From positions 1,344,001 through 1,408,000 of the forward strand of contig CAWBWI010000001.1 of the NCBI GenBank assembly GCA_963792585.1: DNA of 64,000 nucleotides. Direction: 5' to 3'. Position numbers and translations under genes: made by a program. A model generated the notes under the pieces. That model did not search any database and was not told the DNA's origin. It was given only the letters and a program-made list of their open reading frames with translations. The first letter of the stretch is position 1. Each line of letters begins with the position of its first letter. This stretch comes from Candidatus Eiseniibacteriota bacterium (lineage in GTDB: Bacteria > Eisenbacteria > RBG-16-71-46 > CAIMUX01 > VGJL01). Of this stretch, positions 37,386 to 48,299 are shown piece after piece.

Positions 37386-38933
37386 CTAACGCGGAGTGAG
37401 GGTCGCGACGGGGAGAATCATCTCCTCCATCGAAATCCCGCCGTGCTGGAAACTCCCGCGGAACTGCTTCTCGTAGTGATGGAAGTTCGTCGGGTAGACG
37501 AAGTAGTAGTTCTCGCGGGCGAGGACGTAGGTCTTCGTGAGCGATTCCTGTGGAAGCATGTAGTCCTGAGGCTTCTTGATGAGCAATGCCTCCCGCTCGT
37601 CGCAGACGACGTTCTCTCCATACTTGTAACGGACGTTCGTCGACGTATCGCGGTTCCCGTAGACGAGGGTCGATTTCTTGCACTGCACGCTGCCGTGGTC
37701 GGTCGTGATGACCACGACGACATCCTGCCGCGCATACAGCTTCAGGATCTCGAAGAGGCTCGAGTGGAGAAACCACTGGATGAGAAGGGACCGGAAGGCC
37801 TGCTCGTGCGGCGCCAGCTCGAGGAGCAGATCGTTGTCGGAGCGGCCGTGGGAAAGCAGGTCGAGGAAGTTGATGACGAGCGCGAGTAGGTCGGTCGACA
37901 TCTGGGACGTGACCTTCTTCTTCAACTCCGCGGCCTCGTCGGCAGTGTGGACCTTGAGGTAGCGAAGCCCCTCTGCGGAGAGCCCCTCGCGCTGGAGCAG
38001 ATCGCGGAGGAGGGCCTTCTCGTAGCGGTTCTTCCCGGTCTCGTTGCCGATGTTCTCGAGCCACCATTCGGGATGGCGCCTCGCAATCTGGAGCGGGTAG
38101 AGGCCGGAGAAGATCGCGTTGCGGCTGTACGGGGTGGCTGTCGGCAGGATCGAGCAGTAGTAGTCCTTGTGCACCTGGAAATAGGGGGTCAGGAGGGGCT
38201 CGAGCGCGAGCCACTGGTCGAGTCGCATGCAGTCGATCACGACGAAGACGACCCTGCGTCCCGCCCGCATGTGGGGCACGACGAAGCGCGGGACCACATC
38301 GACGGAGAGCAGGGGACGCTCATCCGGCTTCTGCTGGACCCAGCGCGGGTACCGGGGCTCCACGTAGCGCGCGAACTCGCGGTTGATTTCCGCCTTCTCG
38401 TCCTGATGGGATTGGTAGAGTTCCTCGTCGGTCACCGACAGCTCGAGGTCGAGCCCCGCCATCCGCCCGGCCAGCTCGAGCCAGTCGTCCCAGCTGAGGT
38501 CGCCCTGGCGGACTTCCCGGATCCGGTTGAACTCGGTGACATAGTCGCGGGTCTTCCGATCGCGGACGAGCTGCTCGGACTCGAAGACCTTCTTGCAGGC
38601 AAGCCAGATCTGGCTCGGATTGACCGGCTTCGTCAGGTAGTCGGCGATCTGACGTCCGAGCGCCTCGTTCATGAGGTGCTCTTCCTCGCTCTTGGTGATC
38701 ATGATCACGGGCGTCAGCGGCGAGGATTCACGCAGCGCTTCGAGGGTGCGCAGTCCACCCATCCCGGGCATCTGCTCGTCGAGCAGGACGACGTCGAAAT
38801 TGGAGCCGCCAACCAACTCGAGGGCATCCTCGCCGTTGGAAACGGCAGTGACCGAATACCCCTTCCCCTCCAGGTAGAGAATGTGGGGGCGCAGCAGATC
38901 GATTTCGTCGTCTGCCCAGAGGATTTTCCGCAT
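37386..38933 (-). CDS. porX: Response regulator with PglZ/alkaline-phosphatase domain (PorX-like)
   Basis: REC domain (ILWADDE, DEQMPG, ITKSEEE, KPVNP) plus SILPTATPYSRNAIFSG, DLLSH, TTDHG, FQHGGISMEEM. Confidence 0.9.
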   Translation of the reverse strand: MRKILWADDEIDLLRPHILYLEGKGYSVTAVSNGEDALELVGGSNFDVVLLDEQMPGMGGLRTLEALRESSPLTPVIMITKSEEEHLMNEALGRQIADYLTKPVNPSQIWLACKKVFESEQLVRDRKTRDYVTEFNRIREVRQGDLSWDDWLELAGRMAGLDLELSVTDEELYQSHQDEKAEINREFARYVEPRYPRWVQQKPDERPLLSVDVVPRFVVPHMRAGRRVVFVVIDCMRLDQWLALEPLLTPYFQVHKDYYCSILPTATPYSRNAIFSGLYPLQIARRHPEWWLENIGNETGKNRYEKALLRDLLQREGLSAEGLRYLKVHTADEAAELKKKVTSQMSTDLLALVINFLDLLSHGRSDNDLLLELAPHEQAFRSLLIQWFLHSSLFEILKLYARQDVVVVITTDHGSVQCKKSTLVYGNRDTSTNVRYKYGENVVCDEREALLIKKPQDYMLPQESLTKTYVLARENYYFVYPTNFHHYEKQFRGSFQHGGISMEEMILPVATLTPR

Positions 38934-38960
38934 TGTCGGCACCATCCGATTGTGGGGGAC

Positions 38961-40232
38961 CTAGACCGGGAAGGCGATGATGAACGTCGAACCCTTCCCG
39001 GGTTGGCTCCGTTCGACCCAGATCTTTCCCCCATGATAGTCCTCGACGATCCGCTTCGCGAGCGTGAGTCCGAGGCCCCACCCCCGCTGCTTCGTCGTGA
39101 ACCCTGGAGAGAAGACCTGCCGCACCTCGCGCGGGGTCATGCCCTTGCCCTGATCGGTGATCCGAACCTCGACCGTCTCGGTCTCGGGCCGGCGCATCAG
39201 CTCCACCTCGATGGTGCCGTGCTTGGTGTCCGTAGCGTCGATCGCGTTCTTCAGCACGTTCTCGACGACCCACTCGATCAGTTCCTTGTTCACGTTGACG
39301 CCGGGCACCAGGTCATACCGCTCGTGGATCTCGACGTCTTTGCGGAGATTCGGCAATCGTCTGCGGAAATAGCGGACCGCCTCGCTGACGATCGGGGCGA
39401 GGTCCTGCGGTTCGAGGCGCGGCAGACTGCCGACCTGCCCGAAGCGCATGGCGACCTTCTGGAGCCGCTCGGCATCGTTCGCCATCTCGTCGACGACCTC
39501 GCGGAAGAACGGCTCTTCCAGCGTGACGACCCCGGCCTTGCCGGTGGTCTCCTCCGCCTTCTCGCCGAGCAGCTCGACCCAGCCGAGCAGCGAGGAGATC
39601 GGTGTGCCGAGCTGGTGCGCGGTCTCCTTCGCCAGGCCGATCCAGATCGATCGCTGCTCGCTCGTCTTGATCGAACGGTACCCGATGTAGCCGAGGCCGA
39701 AGTATGCGAAGAGGGCGATCAGCTGCACGATCGGGATCCACCGAATCTGCCGGACGAGGGTCGGCTCGCCGTAGTGGACATAGCCAAAGACAGTTCGATC
39801 CCCCGGTTTTCGAATTGGAACCGGCACATTGCGCCGATCGAATTCGCGCACATAGCGAATCACCTCGGCGATCGGCCCAGGGGGCGGATTCTTCGGATCC
39901 ATGTTCGCGACCACGTTGACGTCGACCGAATCGGCGGGGACATCGATCCCCCGCCAGACGAAGGGGCGCCCCTCGCGATCGGTCAGGACCATCGGGAAGT
40001 TGGCGGGCTTGATCACCCGCTCGAAGACCTCGGCCAGTTCCGGACTCTCGATCGCCTGGAAGGTGGTCACTCCGCAGAATTCGGCGAACAGCTCCGAAAG
40101 GGCGCGCGACTGGTCGTTGACCCGGTGGATCAGGTGATAGGTATAGACCATCATCCCACCGAACAGGATGAACCCGCCGAGGAACAGATAGGCCCTCAGG
40201 AGACCGGGAAGGTTCGAACGGGACAGGCCCAT
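38961..40232 (-). CDS. Membrane sensor histidine kinase (PorY-like)
   Basis: Two TM helices; H-box AKETAHQLGTPISSL; ENVLKNAIDA, DQGKG, GWGLGL. Confidence 0.9.
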   Translation of the reverse strand: MGLSRSNLPGLLRAYLFLGGFILFGGMMVYTYHLIHRVNDQSRALSELFAEFCGVTTFQAIESPELAEVFERVIKPANFPMVLTDREGRPFVWRGIDVPADSVDVNVVANMDPKNPPPGPIAEVIRYVREFDRRNVPVPIRKPGDRTVFGYVHYGEPTLVRQIRWIPIVQLIALFAYFGLGYIGYRSIKTSEQRSIWIGLAKETAHQLGTPISSLLGWVELLGEKAEETTGKAGVVTLEEPFFREVVDEMANDAERLQKVAMRFGQVGSLPRLEPQDLAPIVSEAVRYFRRRLPNLRKDVEIHERYDLVPGVNVNKELIEWVVENVLKNAIDATDTKHGTIEVELMRRPETETVEVRITDQGKGMTPREVRQVFSPGFTTKQRGWGLGLTLAKRIVEDYHGGKIWVERSQPGKGSTFIIAFPV

Positions 40233-40281
40233 GATCGCCGAGCTTCCTCCTCCTTGAAGAGCCTCGCCGGAACCGCCGCGC

Positions 40282-41556
40282 CTAGGGTTTCGTCAGCTCC
40301 GTCCGCCCCCCCATGTAGGGCCGAAGCGCTTCCGGGATCCGGATCGTTCCCTGCGGAGTCTGGAACAGCTCCAATATCGCGGCCACGATCCGCGGCAGCG
40401 CGAGCCCCGAGCCGTTCAGCGTGTGAACGTACTCGAGCTTCCCCTGCTCATTGCGGAATCGAACGCCGATTCGTCGAGCCTGGAAGGACTCGAAATTGCT
40501 GCACGACGAGACCTCCAGCCAGCGCTGCTCGGCCGGAGCCCACGCCTCGAGGTCATAGCACTTCGCGGCGGCGAAGGAGAGATCTCCTGTACAGAGCGAA
40601 AGCACCCTGTACGGGATCTCGAGCGTCTTGAGGACGTCCTCCGCGTCGCGGACGAGCGACTCGAGCTCGTCGTACGAGGTCTCGGGGCGAACGAACTTGA
40701 CCATCTCCACCTTGTCGAACTGATGAACGCGGACGAGTCCGCGCGTGTCGCGACCCGCCGCCCCCGCCTCGCGCCGGAAGCACGCGGAATAGCCGACCAG
40801 CTTCATCGGGAGACGCTCGGCCTCGAGAATCTCGTCGCGGTAGAGATTGGTGATCGGCACCTCGGCGGTCGGGATCAGGAACAAGTCCTCGTCGGCGAGC
40901 TTGTACATGTCCGCCTCGAGCTTCGGGATCTGTCCGGTTCCTTGCAGGGACTCCCGACGGACCAGGAAGGGGATCCAGACCTCTCGGTAGCCGTGGCTCG
41001 TCGTGTGGAGGTCGAGCATCAGCTGGATCAGGGCCCGCTCGAGCATCGCCCCCAGGCCGGCCAGACAGATGAACCCGCCGCCCGAGACCTTGCCCGCGCG
41101 TTCGAGGTCGATGATCCCGAGTTCCGCGCCGATCTGCCAGTGGGGGGCCGGCCGGAAGGTCTCCGGAGGAATCGTCCCCCAGCGACGCACCTCGACGTTC
41201 GCTTCCGCATCCGGGCCGACCGGGACGCTCTCGTGCGGGATATTCGGCAGCCAGAGCATCTGGGCGTCGAGTTCCGTCTCGAGGGCGCGGAGCTGGTCGT
41301 CGAGCGATTTGATCTCGTCGGAAACGCTCTTCATCGATGCGAGGATCGAGGCGGCGTCCTGCCCCGCTTTCTTCAGGCGGGCGATCTCCTCGCTCGCGCG
41401 GTTGCGCTCGGCCTTCTTCTGTTCGGCCTCGACGAGTATCCCGCGACGCCTCTCGTCCAAAGCGAGGATCAGGTCCAGGTCCGCCTTCTCCCCCTTGTCC
41501 GCGATCGCCTTTCGGACGCGTTCGGGGTCCACGCGTACGAGCTTCGGATCGAGCAT
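40282..41556 (-). CDS. serS: Serine--tRNA ligase
   Basis: [40 protein letters not shown]. Confidence 0.98.
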   Translation of the reverse strand: MLDPKLVRVDPERVRKAIADKGEKADLDLILALDERRRGILVEAEQKKAERNRASEEIARLKKAGQDAASILASMKSVSDEIKSLDDQLRALETELDAQMLWLPNIPHESVPVGPDAEANVEVRRWGTIPPETFRPAPHWQIGAELGIIDLERAGKVSGGGFICLAGLGAMLERALIQLMLDLHTTSHGYREVWIPFLVRRESLQGTGQIPKLEADMYKLADEDLFLIPTAEVPITNLYRDEILEAERLPMKLVGYSACFRREAGAAGRDTRGLVRVHQFDKVEMVKFVRPETSYDELESLVRDAEDVLKTLEIPYRVLSLCTGDLSFAAAKCYDLEAWAPAEQRWLEVSSCSNFESFQARRIGVRFRNEQGKLEYVHTLNGSGLALPRIVAAILELFQTPQGTIRIPEALRPYMGGRTELTKP

Positions 41557-41597
41557 GCCCCTCCCTCGTTGTGCGGTAAGAGATTACCGGCGGGGCC

Positions 41598-41626
41598 AAT
41601 CTAACACGGCTCTCCATCCCGGTCAA
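41598..41626 (-). promoter_or_regulatory. sigma70 promoter upstream of serS
   Basis: TTGACC-N17-TAGATT. Confidence 0.55.
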
Positions 41627-41644
41627 ACGGATGCGCCGCAATCA

Positions 41645-42736
41645 TCAGATCGTTGGGGGCCGGAGCGTGTCGGGAGAAGGGAAGCGTCCGACCAGCAGGG
41701 CGAGGATCCCCGCTGCCAGAAGGACCGCACCGATCGCCACGACGGCTGGGGCGAAGCCGGCGAAGAAACCGAAGGCGCAGAGGCTCGCCGCCGCGAGTGC
41801 CGCGGCCAGGATCGCTCCCCTCGGGCCGAGGCGCAGCGTGAGGCGGTGGCCGGTGTGATCGCGCCCCCCCACGAAAGGGCTGCGCCCCGCGCGGAGGCGG
41901 ACGACCGTTACGAGGAGGAAGTCCGACAAAGGGAGTGCTTGCCCCGCGAGTCCCGCGCCGAGTAGATCCGCTGGGACACGGTCGATGATCGCGAGCCCGG
42001 CCAGGATCGACGCGAAGCCGAGCGGCAAGCTCCCCGCGTCTCCCAGGAAGATTCGCGCGGGCGGCTTGTTCCATGAGAGGAAGCCGAGCCCCGCGCCGCA
42101 GAGTCCCCAGAGGAGTCCCGGGACGATCCACCCACCGACGGCGCCTCCGCAGAGCGCGGCCACCATCGCGGAGGACACGACCAGCGTGGCCGAGAAGATC
42201 CCGTCGGCGTGGTCCAGGTAGTTCCAAGCATTGACCATGAGCATCGCCCAGACCCATGCAATCGAGCTCGGGACCAGACCGGCGAGGCGGCCGGAGGGTT
42301 TCCAGATCCAGAGGACCGCGAGCAGGACGAGCCCTTCGACCGCCGCCTTCGGGAGGGGCGGCAGGGAACGGCGGTCATCCCTCAATCCGAGCGCGCCCAT
42401 GCCGAGAATCCCCGCGATCGCTGCGAACAGCAGTCGCCCCTCTGCCGGAGCCGCGTGCGGGGTCCCCGCACCGAGCTTCCAGGCGAGGACCACGGCGGCG
42501 AAGAGCCCCAGGATGCACGCGGGGCCGCCGAGCAGTGGAACCGTCCGTTCGTGGAACCGATCGGCGCGCGGACGGGCGACGAAGCCGAGGGCCTGCGCGA
42601 GCCGGCGCAACGGCAGGACGGCCGCGGCCGTCGTCGCTGCGGAGGCTGCGATCGACAGGAACGGGACGAGGAGATTCAAGCGGCGAGGATCAGACCAAGG
42701 GGAGGTCGAGCGGGAGTCGGGAGGCGATCCAGTCAC
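41645..42736 (-). CDS. MraY/WecA-family undecaprenyl-phosphate sugar-1-phosphate transferase
   Basis: PLLGG, GLRDD, NAWNYLDHADG, N.PPARIFLGDAGS, RDHTGHRL. Confidence 0.88.
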   Translation of the reverse strand: MTGSPPDSRSTSPWSDPRRLNLLVPFLSIAASAATTAAAVLPLRRLAQALGFVARPRADRFHERTVPLLGGPACILGLFAAVVLAWKLGAGTPHAAPAEGRLLFAAIAGILGMGALGLRDDRRSLPPLPKAAVEGLVLLAVLWIWKPSGRLAGLVPSSIAWVWAMLMVNAWNYLDHADGIFSATLVVSSAMVAALCGGAVGGWIVPGLLWGLCGAGLGFLSWNKPPARIFLGDAGSLPLGFASILAGLAIIDRVPADLLGAGLAGQALPLSDFLLVTVVRLRAGRSPFVGGRDHTGHRLTLRLGPRGAILAAALAAASLCAFGFFAGFAPAVVAIGAVLLAAGILALLVGRFPSPDTLRPPTI

Positions 42737-43682
42737 GCGTGATCGCCAGCAGGCGATCGAGACCGACCTCCGGGACGTAGCCGATCTCGCGGCGGATCTT
42801 GGTCAGGTCGGGGACCCGTCTCGGGACATCCTCGAAGCCAGGACCATAGGCCTCATCGTAGGGAATCCTGCGCGGAGGAATCGTCGAGCCGGTGACCCGC
42901 CCGATCGCCTCTGCCAGATCAAGGATCGTGACCTCCTCGTCGGTGCCGATGTTGAAGACCTCGCCGCAGGCCGATGGCCGGCGAGAGAGCGCGAGCACTC
43001 CGCTGACAACGTCGCCGACATACGAGAAGCAGCGCGTCTGCAGACCGCTGCCGAAGATCGTCATCGCCTCGCCCGCGATCGCTTGCCGGAGGAGATTCGG
43101 AATCACCATTCCGTAGGAGCCGATCTGTCTAGGCCCGCACGTATTGAAACAGCGCACGACCGTGACCGGGAGCCCGTGGCGCCGGTGTTCGCCGATCGCG
43201 AGATACTCCCCCACGGCCTTTCCCGCCGCATAGCTCCAGCGTGGAACGGCGGTGGGCCCGATCATCGAGGCGGAATCCTCCGCTAGCGGTCCGCCCGTCG
43301 TGCGCCCGTAGACCTCCGAGGAGGAGAAGAAGACGACGGAGGCCGGTGAGGCCCTCCGAGCCGCCTTGAGGATCGTGTCGGCGCCCATGATGTTGTTGCG
43401 TAGCCCCGCAAGAGGATCGGCCAGGACGCGACGCACGCCCACGGTCGCGGCGAGGTGGAAGATCCGATCGCAGCCGCCGGCCGCCGCTTCGGTGGTCGCC
43501 TCGTCGGTCACGGAACCGACGATCAACTCCACGCGTCCCGCCGCGAGGGCTTCGGTCAGATTCTCACGACGGCCCGTGGACAGGTCGTCGAGAACACGGA
43601 CGGTCTCGCCTTCCGCGATGAGCGCGTCGACGAGATGGGAGCCGATGAACCCCGCACCGCCGGTGACCAGTACCTGGCTCAC
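42690..43682 (-). CDS. NAD-dependent nucleotide-sugar epimerase/dehydratase
   Basis: TGGAGFIG, SSSEVYG, YAAGK, GPRQ. Confidence 0.92.
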   Translation of the reverse strand: MSQVLVTGGAGFIGSHLVDALIAEGETVRVLDDLSTGRRENLTEALAAGRVELIVGSVTDEATTEAAAGGCDRIFHLAATVGVRRVLADPLAGLRNNIMGADTILKAARRASPASVVFFSSSEVYGRTTGGPLAEDSASMIGPTAVPRWSYAAGKAVGEYLAIGEHRRHGLPVTVVRCFNTCGPRQIGSYGMVIPNLLRQAIAGEAMTIFGSGLQTRCFSYVGDVVSGVLALSRRPSACGEVFNIGTDEEVTILDLAEAIGRVTGSTIPPRRIPYDEAYGPGFEDVPRRVPDLTKIRREIGYVPEVGLDRLLAITRDWIASRLPLDLPLV

Positions 43683-43740
43683 GTGATTCTCCTTCCGGCA
43701 GACGAACCACCGGGACGATACGGGCGCTTTTCGAGGTAAG

Positions 43741-44799
43741 TCAACGACGCTCCGCTTCCCCGGAGTGCAGGAAGACGTAGTTGCGCTTGTAGTACTCGAG
43801 AAACTCCCCGCTCTTGAGGGGACGCCACCAGTCGGGGCGGTCGCGATACCAACGGATCGTCTCGTCGAGTCCTTCCTCGAAACTCCTCCGGGGGGCCCAA
43901 CCGGTGCGGGCCTTGAGCTTTTCCCACGCGATCGCGTATCTGCGGTCGTGGCCGGGCCGGTCGACGACGGGGCTCAGGAGATTGGCCGGCTTCCCAAGCC
44001 CCTCCAGGATCCGCCCGCCAATCGTCAAGACGTCGCGTTCATTGTAGGCGCCGACGTTGAAGACTTCCCCCTCGCATCCCTCCGCGCGCAGGATCGAGTC
44101 GAGCGCGAGCACGTGATCCTCGACGTGGATCCAGTCCCGGACGTTGCGACCGGTACCGTAGACCGGCAACGGCAGATCATCGATCGCGTTGGTCACGAAG
44201 AGCGGAATCATCTTCTCGGGATACTGGTAGGGTCCGTAGTTGTTGCTGCAGCGCGTGACCACGACCGGCAGGCCGTAGGTGGCATGGTAGGAGTAGGCGA
44301 GCCGGTCACCCCCGGACTTGCTCGCAGCGTAGGGATTGCGCGGCTTCAGCGGAGCCTCTTCGTCGACCGGGGGGCCGAAGACCTCTCCGTAGACCTCATC
44401 GGTCGAGATCTGGATGAAGAGGGTGACCGGACTGCGCCGCATCGCCTCCAGCAGGACATAGACGCCGAAGACGTCAGTCCGCACGAAGTCGGCGGGATCG
44501 CCGATCGATCGGTCGACGTGGGTCTCGGCCGCGAAGTTGAGGATGAAGTCGAATCCCTGGGCGATCAACGGCCCGACCACGGCCTCGTCGGCGATGTCCC
44601 CATGCACGAAGCGGTATCCGTCCTGCCCGTCGAACTCGGCGAGGTTGGCTGGATTTCCGGCATAGGTCAGCTTGTCGAGGACGGTGACTCGGGCCCCGGG
44701 ACAGCGCGCCCGCAAACTCCGTACGAAGTTCGTCCCGATGAAACCCGCGCCCCCCGTGACGAGGTAGCGGCCGGTTTCGACGAGACGCTCCCTATCCAT
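43741..44799 (-). CDS. rfbB: dTDP-glucose 4,6-dehydratase
   Basis: DKLTYAGN, AAETHVDRSI, STDEVYG, PYAASK, DRPGHDRRY. Confidence 0.95.
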   Translation of the reverse strand: MDRERLVETGRYLVTGGAGFIGTNFVRSLRARCPGARVTVLDKLTYAGNPANLAEFDGQDGYRFVHGDIADEAVVGPLIAQGFDFILNFAAETHVDRSIGDPADFVRTDVFGVYVLLEAMRRSPVTLFIQISTDEVYGEVFGPPVDEEAPLKPRNPYAASKSGGDRLAYSYHATYGLPVVVTRCSNNYGPYQYPEKMIPLFVTNAIDDLPLPVYGTGRNVRDWIHVEDHVLALDSILRAEGCEGEVFNVGAYNERDVLTIGGRILEGLGKPANLLSPVVDRPGHDRRYAIAWEKLKARTGWAPRRSFEEGLDETIRWYRDRPDWWRPLKSGEFLEYYKRNYVFLHSGEAERR

Positions 44800-45248
44800 C
44801 CTTCCGCTCCCAGTCGTAGGGAACGTCGTTGTCGTGCGGATGGACGCGGTACTCGTCGGGGTGCTCGTAGTTGTACAGCTCGCTCGGCGTGTTGAGGAGG
44901 AAAGCGGGCTCGGTCCCGACCCCCTTCATCCCGTGCAGCACGCCGCAAGGAATTCTGAGGACGATCGGGTTTCTCTCTCCCATGAAGAACTCGTTGACCT
45001 CCCCGTGGGACTTGGAGCCTTCGCGGCCGTCGTAGAGGACGACCTTCGCCATGCCCTTGACCACGCAGAAGTGGTCGACCTGCACCTTGTGGTAGTGCCA
45101 CCCCTTGACGACGCCCGGATAGACGACCGTCAGGTAGCTCTGTCCGAACTTCTCGAAGAATGGATCGTCCGCGCGGATGATCTCCATCAGGAAGCCGCGC
45201 TCGTCGGAGATCACCTTGAGCGGCTTGATCGACGACCCCGTCGATCAT
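44792..45248 (-). CDS. rfbC: dTDP-4-dehydrorhamnose 3,5-epimerase family; +1 indel near 45231
   Basis: MIDGVV|IKPLKVISDERG...KGWHYH...LHG; the span is 3n+1. Confidence 0.85.
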
Positions 45249-46599
45249 TTGCGTCCCTTCCCCTTGGGGGTCCGGTGGCAGGCCTCGGCCGACGCCGACA
45301 TAGCGGAATCCAAGGGCTGCCATCTTTGCCGGATCGTAGATGTTCCGGCAGTCGACGAGGACGGGCTTCTTCATGATCCGCTTGAGCTTCGCCAGGTCGA
45401 GCATCCGGAACTCGTTCCACTCGGTCGCGATGACGAGGACCTCGGCTCCTCGCGCGACATCGTAGGCGTTCTCGCAGAAGGTCACCGCTCTTGACATCTC
45501 GCGCGCCGCGACCTTCATCGCGATCGGGTCGAAGGCGCGAGATCGTCGCGCCCCTCCGTCGAAGCGCGCGGATCAGATCGATCGCGACCGACTCGCGGAC
45601 GTCGTCGGTCTGCGGCTTGAAGGCGAGCCCGAGCACGCCGATCTCGCTTGCCGCGCACGTTGCCGCCCGCCGAGGCGACGATCTTCTCGAGCATCCGCTC
45701 GCGCTGCCCGTGGTTCACCTCGATCGTCGCCTCGACGATCTCGCATGGACTGCCCGCCTCGCGGCGAGAGCGCGGCAAGGGCGAGCGTGTCCTTCGGGAA
45801 GCAGGAGCCGCCGTATCCGGGGCCGGCGTGGAGGAACTTCGGGTCCGATCCGCTTGTCGAGACCCATGCCCCGCGCGACGACCTTCACGTCCGCCGCCGA
45901 CCACCTCGCAGAGATTCGCGATCTCGTTGATGAAGGAGATCTTCGTCGCGAGGAAGGCGTTCGACGCGTACTTGATCAGCTCGGCGGTCTGCACGTTCGT
46001 CCGGACCATCGGGGTCTCGTTGAGGTACAGGGGCCGGTAGATCTCCGGCCAGGATCGCCTCGGCCTTCTGCGCCCAGGTGCCGATGACGACGCGATCCGG
46101 GACGCATGAAGTCCTCGACGGCCGACCCCTCGCGAAGGAACTCCGGGTTGGACGCGACGTCGAACGGCGGTCTTCCGGGGCCGGTTGGACTCGATGATCT
46201 TCCAGACCTGCTCGCCGGTCCCGACCGGCACCGTGCTCTTCTGCACGATCAGCTTGTAGCCGTTCAGGTTCTTGGCGATCGTCCTGGCGGCGCGACCAGA
46301 CCTGCGATAGATCGGCCTCGCCCGTCTCGGACTGGGGCGTCCCCACCGCGATGAAGACGACGCGATTGTCACGGATCGCCTTGGGTAGGTCGCTGGTGAA
46401 GCTTGAGCCTCCCCTCGCGGACGTTCCGGCCGACGACTTCCTCGAGCGCGAACTCGTAGAAGGGCATCACCCCCGCGCGCAGCAGCTCGATCTTCTTCTC
46501 GTCGAGGTCGACGCAGGTGACGCTGTTGCCGAAGTCGGCCAGGCAGACGCCCGTGACGAGCCCCACATAGCCGGTGCCGATCATGCAGATCTTTTGCAT
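45245..46599 (-). CDS. ugd: UDP-glucose 6-dehydrogenase, split by several indels (probably sequencing error)
   Basis: Fragments in different frames: [66 protein letters not shown]. Confidence 0.85.
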
Positions 46600-46639
46600 C
46601 GTCTCCCTCCCTCACCCCCGTGAAAAGGCGTCGTTTTCG

Positions 46640-46668
46640 AGCCTATCGTGCCGCCCAGGACAGGTCAA
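46640..46668 (-). promoter_or_regulatory. sigma70 promoter upstream of ugd
   Basis: TTGACC-N17-TAGGCT. Confidence 0.5.
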
Positions 46669-46672
46669 ACCC

Positions 46673-47369
46673 TCAGGGCCATCGACTCGGCGATTCCCGC
46701 GCGCGGCCGCTGCGGATCGATCGAGCGCGCGTGATCGCGCCGGCCCACGACGATCCAGTGCGCGCCCGCCTCCACCGCTCCGGCCGGGGTCGCGACGTGG
46801 ATCTGATCGTGCACCTGCGCTCCCGGGGGACGGATGCCCGGACAGACGCGCGCAAGGCGGTCTCCGTAGAGCTCGCGCAGGCTCGCCGCGGCGGGGGCCG
46901 GACAGACGACGCCGAAGATCCCGGCGGCGAAGGCCTCCGCTGCCAGTCGTCGGACATCGCGAATCCGGCGTCGCCACGTTCATCGCTCGTGAGCCTCGTG
47001 ACGGCCAGGAGACCGACGTCCGGGTCGGCCCGCGATCGACCTCCTGCGCCGCCTCCTCATCACCTTCGGCCCCGCGGAGGCATGCAGGTCGATCAGACCG
47101 ACCGGCAGCCTCGCGGTCGCGCGCACCGCACGCGCCACGGTATTCGGGATGTCGTGGAACTTGAGATCCAGAAAGATCCGCTTGCCGAGCGCGGCAAGAT
47201 CCACGATGACGCCCGGACCCGCGGAGCAGAACAGCTCGAGCCCGACCTTCACCCACAGGACATCGTCGCCGACGTTCGCGGCGAAATCGACGGCCTCGCG
47301 CGGAGTCGAGCAAGTCGAGGGCCACGATCAGACGCTCGCGCGCGGTCGAGGGAAGAGCCGGACGCTCAT
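46673..47369 (-). CDS. pyrF: Orotidine-5'-phosphate decarboxylase, multiply frameshifted
   Basis: [31 protein letters not shown] overlap with the pyrD stop. Confidence 0.85.
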
Positions 47370-48299
47370 CCTCCTCCGGCAATCCCATCCTTCAGGGTAC
47401 CGATCCACTCTTCAACCGACCCGATGCCGCACTCCTCGAGGGATTGCTCGAGTCCTCGACGGCGATGCGCCCCTGGTCGGGCCTCAGGAAACTGGGATGT
47501 GCCGATCTGCACCGCGCGAGCCCCGACGAGGAGGAACTCCAGCGACGTCGCGACCGGTGACGATCCCGCCCACGCCGACGACGGGGATCTTCACGCTGCG
47601 CACCACCTCGCGCACGCGCGCGAGCGCGAGCGGCCGGATCGCCGGGCCCGAGAGTCCGCCCGTCACGCCCGGGAGGACGGCACGACGGTGATCGAGGTCG
47701 ATCGCCATTCCGACGAATGTATTGATCGCCGTCAGGGCGTCGGCTCCGGCCTCCTCGCACGCGCGCGCGAGGGTTCCGATCGAGGTCACGTTCGGCGAGA
47801 GCTTCGCCCAGAGCGGACGCCTCGAGCGCCTCCGCGCAGCAGCGATCACCCGGCCGCGGCGGCCGCCGGAACCTGCGCAGAACTCGATCCCGCCCTCCTT
47901 GACGTTCGGGCAGGAGATGTTCAACTCGTACGCCGCGATTCCGGATGCGTCGTCGAGGCGCGCGATCACGCGATCGAAATCCTCGTCGCTCCGGCCGCCG
48001 ATCGAGACAACGATCGGTCTCCCGAGCGCCACAATGAGGGGGAGTTTCTCGGCGACGAATCGCTCGACCCCCACGTTCTGCAGACCGATCGAGTTGAGCA
48101 TGCCCCCGGGCGTCTCGACGATCCGCGGCGGAGGATTCCCGGCGCGCGGCTCGAGGGTGATCGTCTTCGTGACGATGCCGCCGAGACCGGCGGCAGCCTC
48201 CGTCTGCTCGATCCCATAGCCGAAGGTGCCCGATGCGCAAAGAACCGGATTCGGGAACTCGATCGTGCCGACGCTCGTGCGCAGATCGGGCCGGCTCAT
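47366..48299 (-). CDS. pyrD: Dihydroorotate dehydrogenase B catalytic subunit; indel(s) near the 3' end
   Basis: ASGTFGYG, MLNSIGLQN, LNISCPNV, KLSPNV, AINT, GGLSGPAIRP. Confidence 0.9.

Noticed and set aside
37386..38933. PglZ domain as part of a BREX system
   Set aside because: It is fused to a receiver domain in the porX-tsaE housekeeping context, with no brxC or pglX adjacent.
37947..40631. Long plus-strand ORFs such as 894 aa (also 48986..51451, 25856..27574, 32522..34192)
   Set aside because: Antisense shadow ORFs, expected in high-GC DNA opposite well-supported genes.
45245..47369. ugd and pyrF as true pseudogenes or programmed frameshifts
   Set aside because: The indels are dense, local and spread across unrelated genes with intact motifs; I saw no slippery-site pattern, so sequencing error is more parsimonious.
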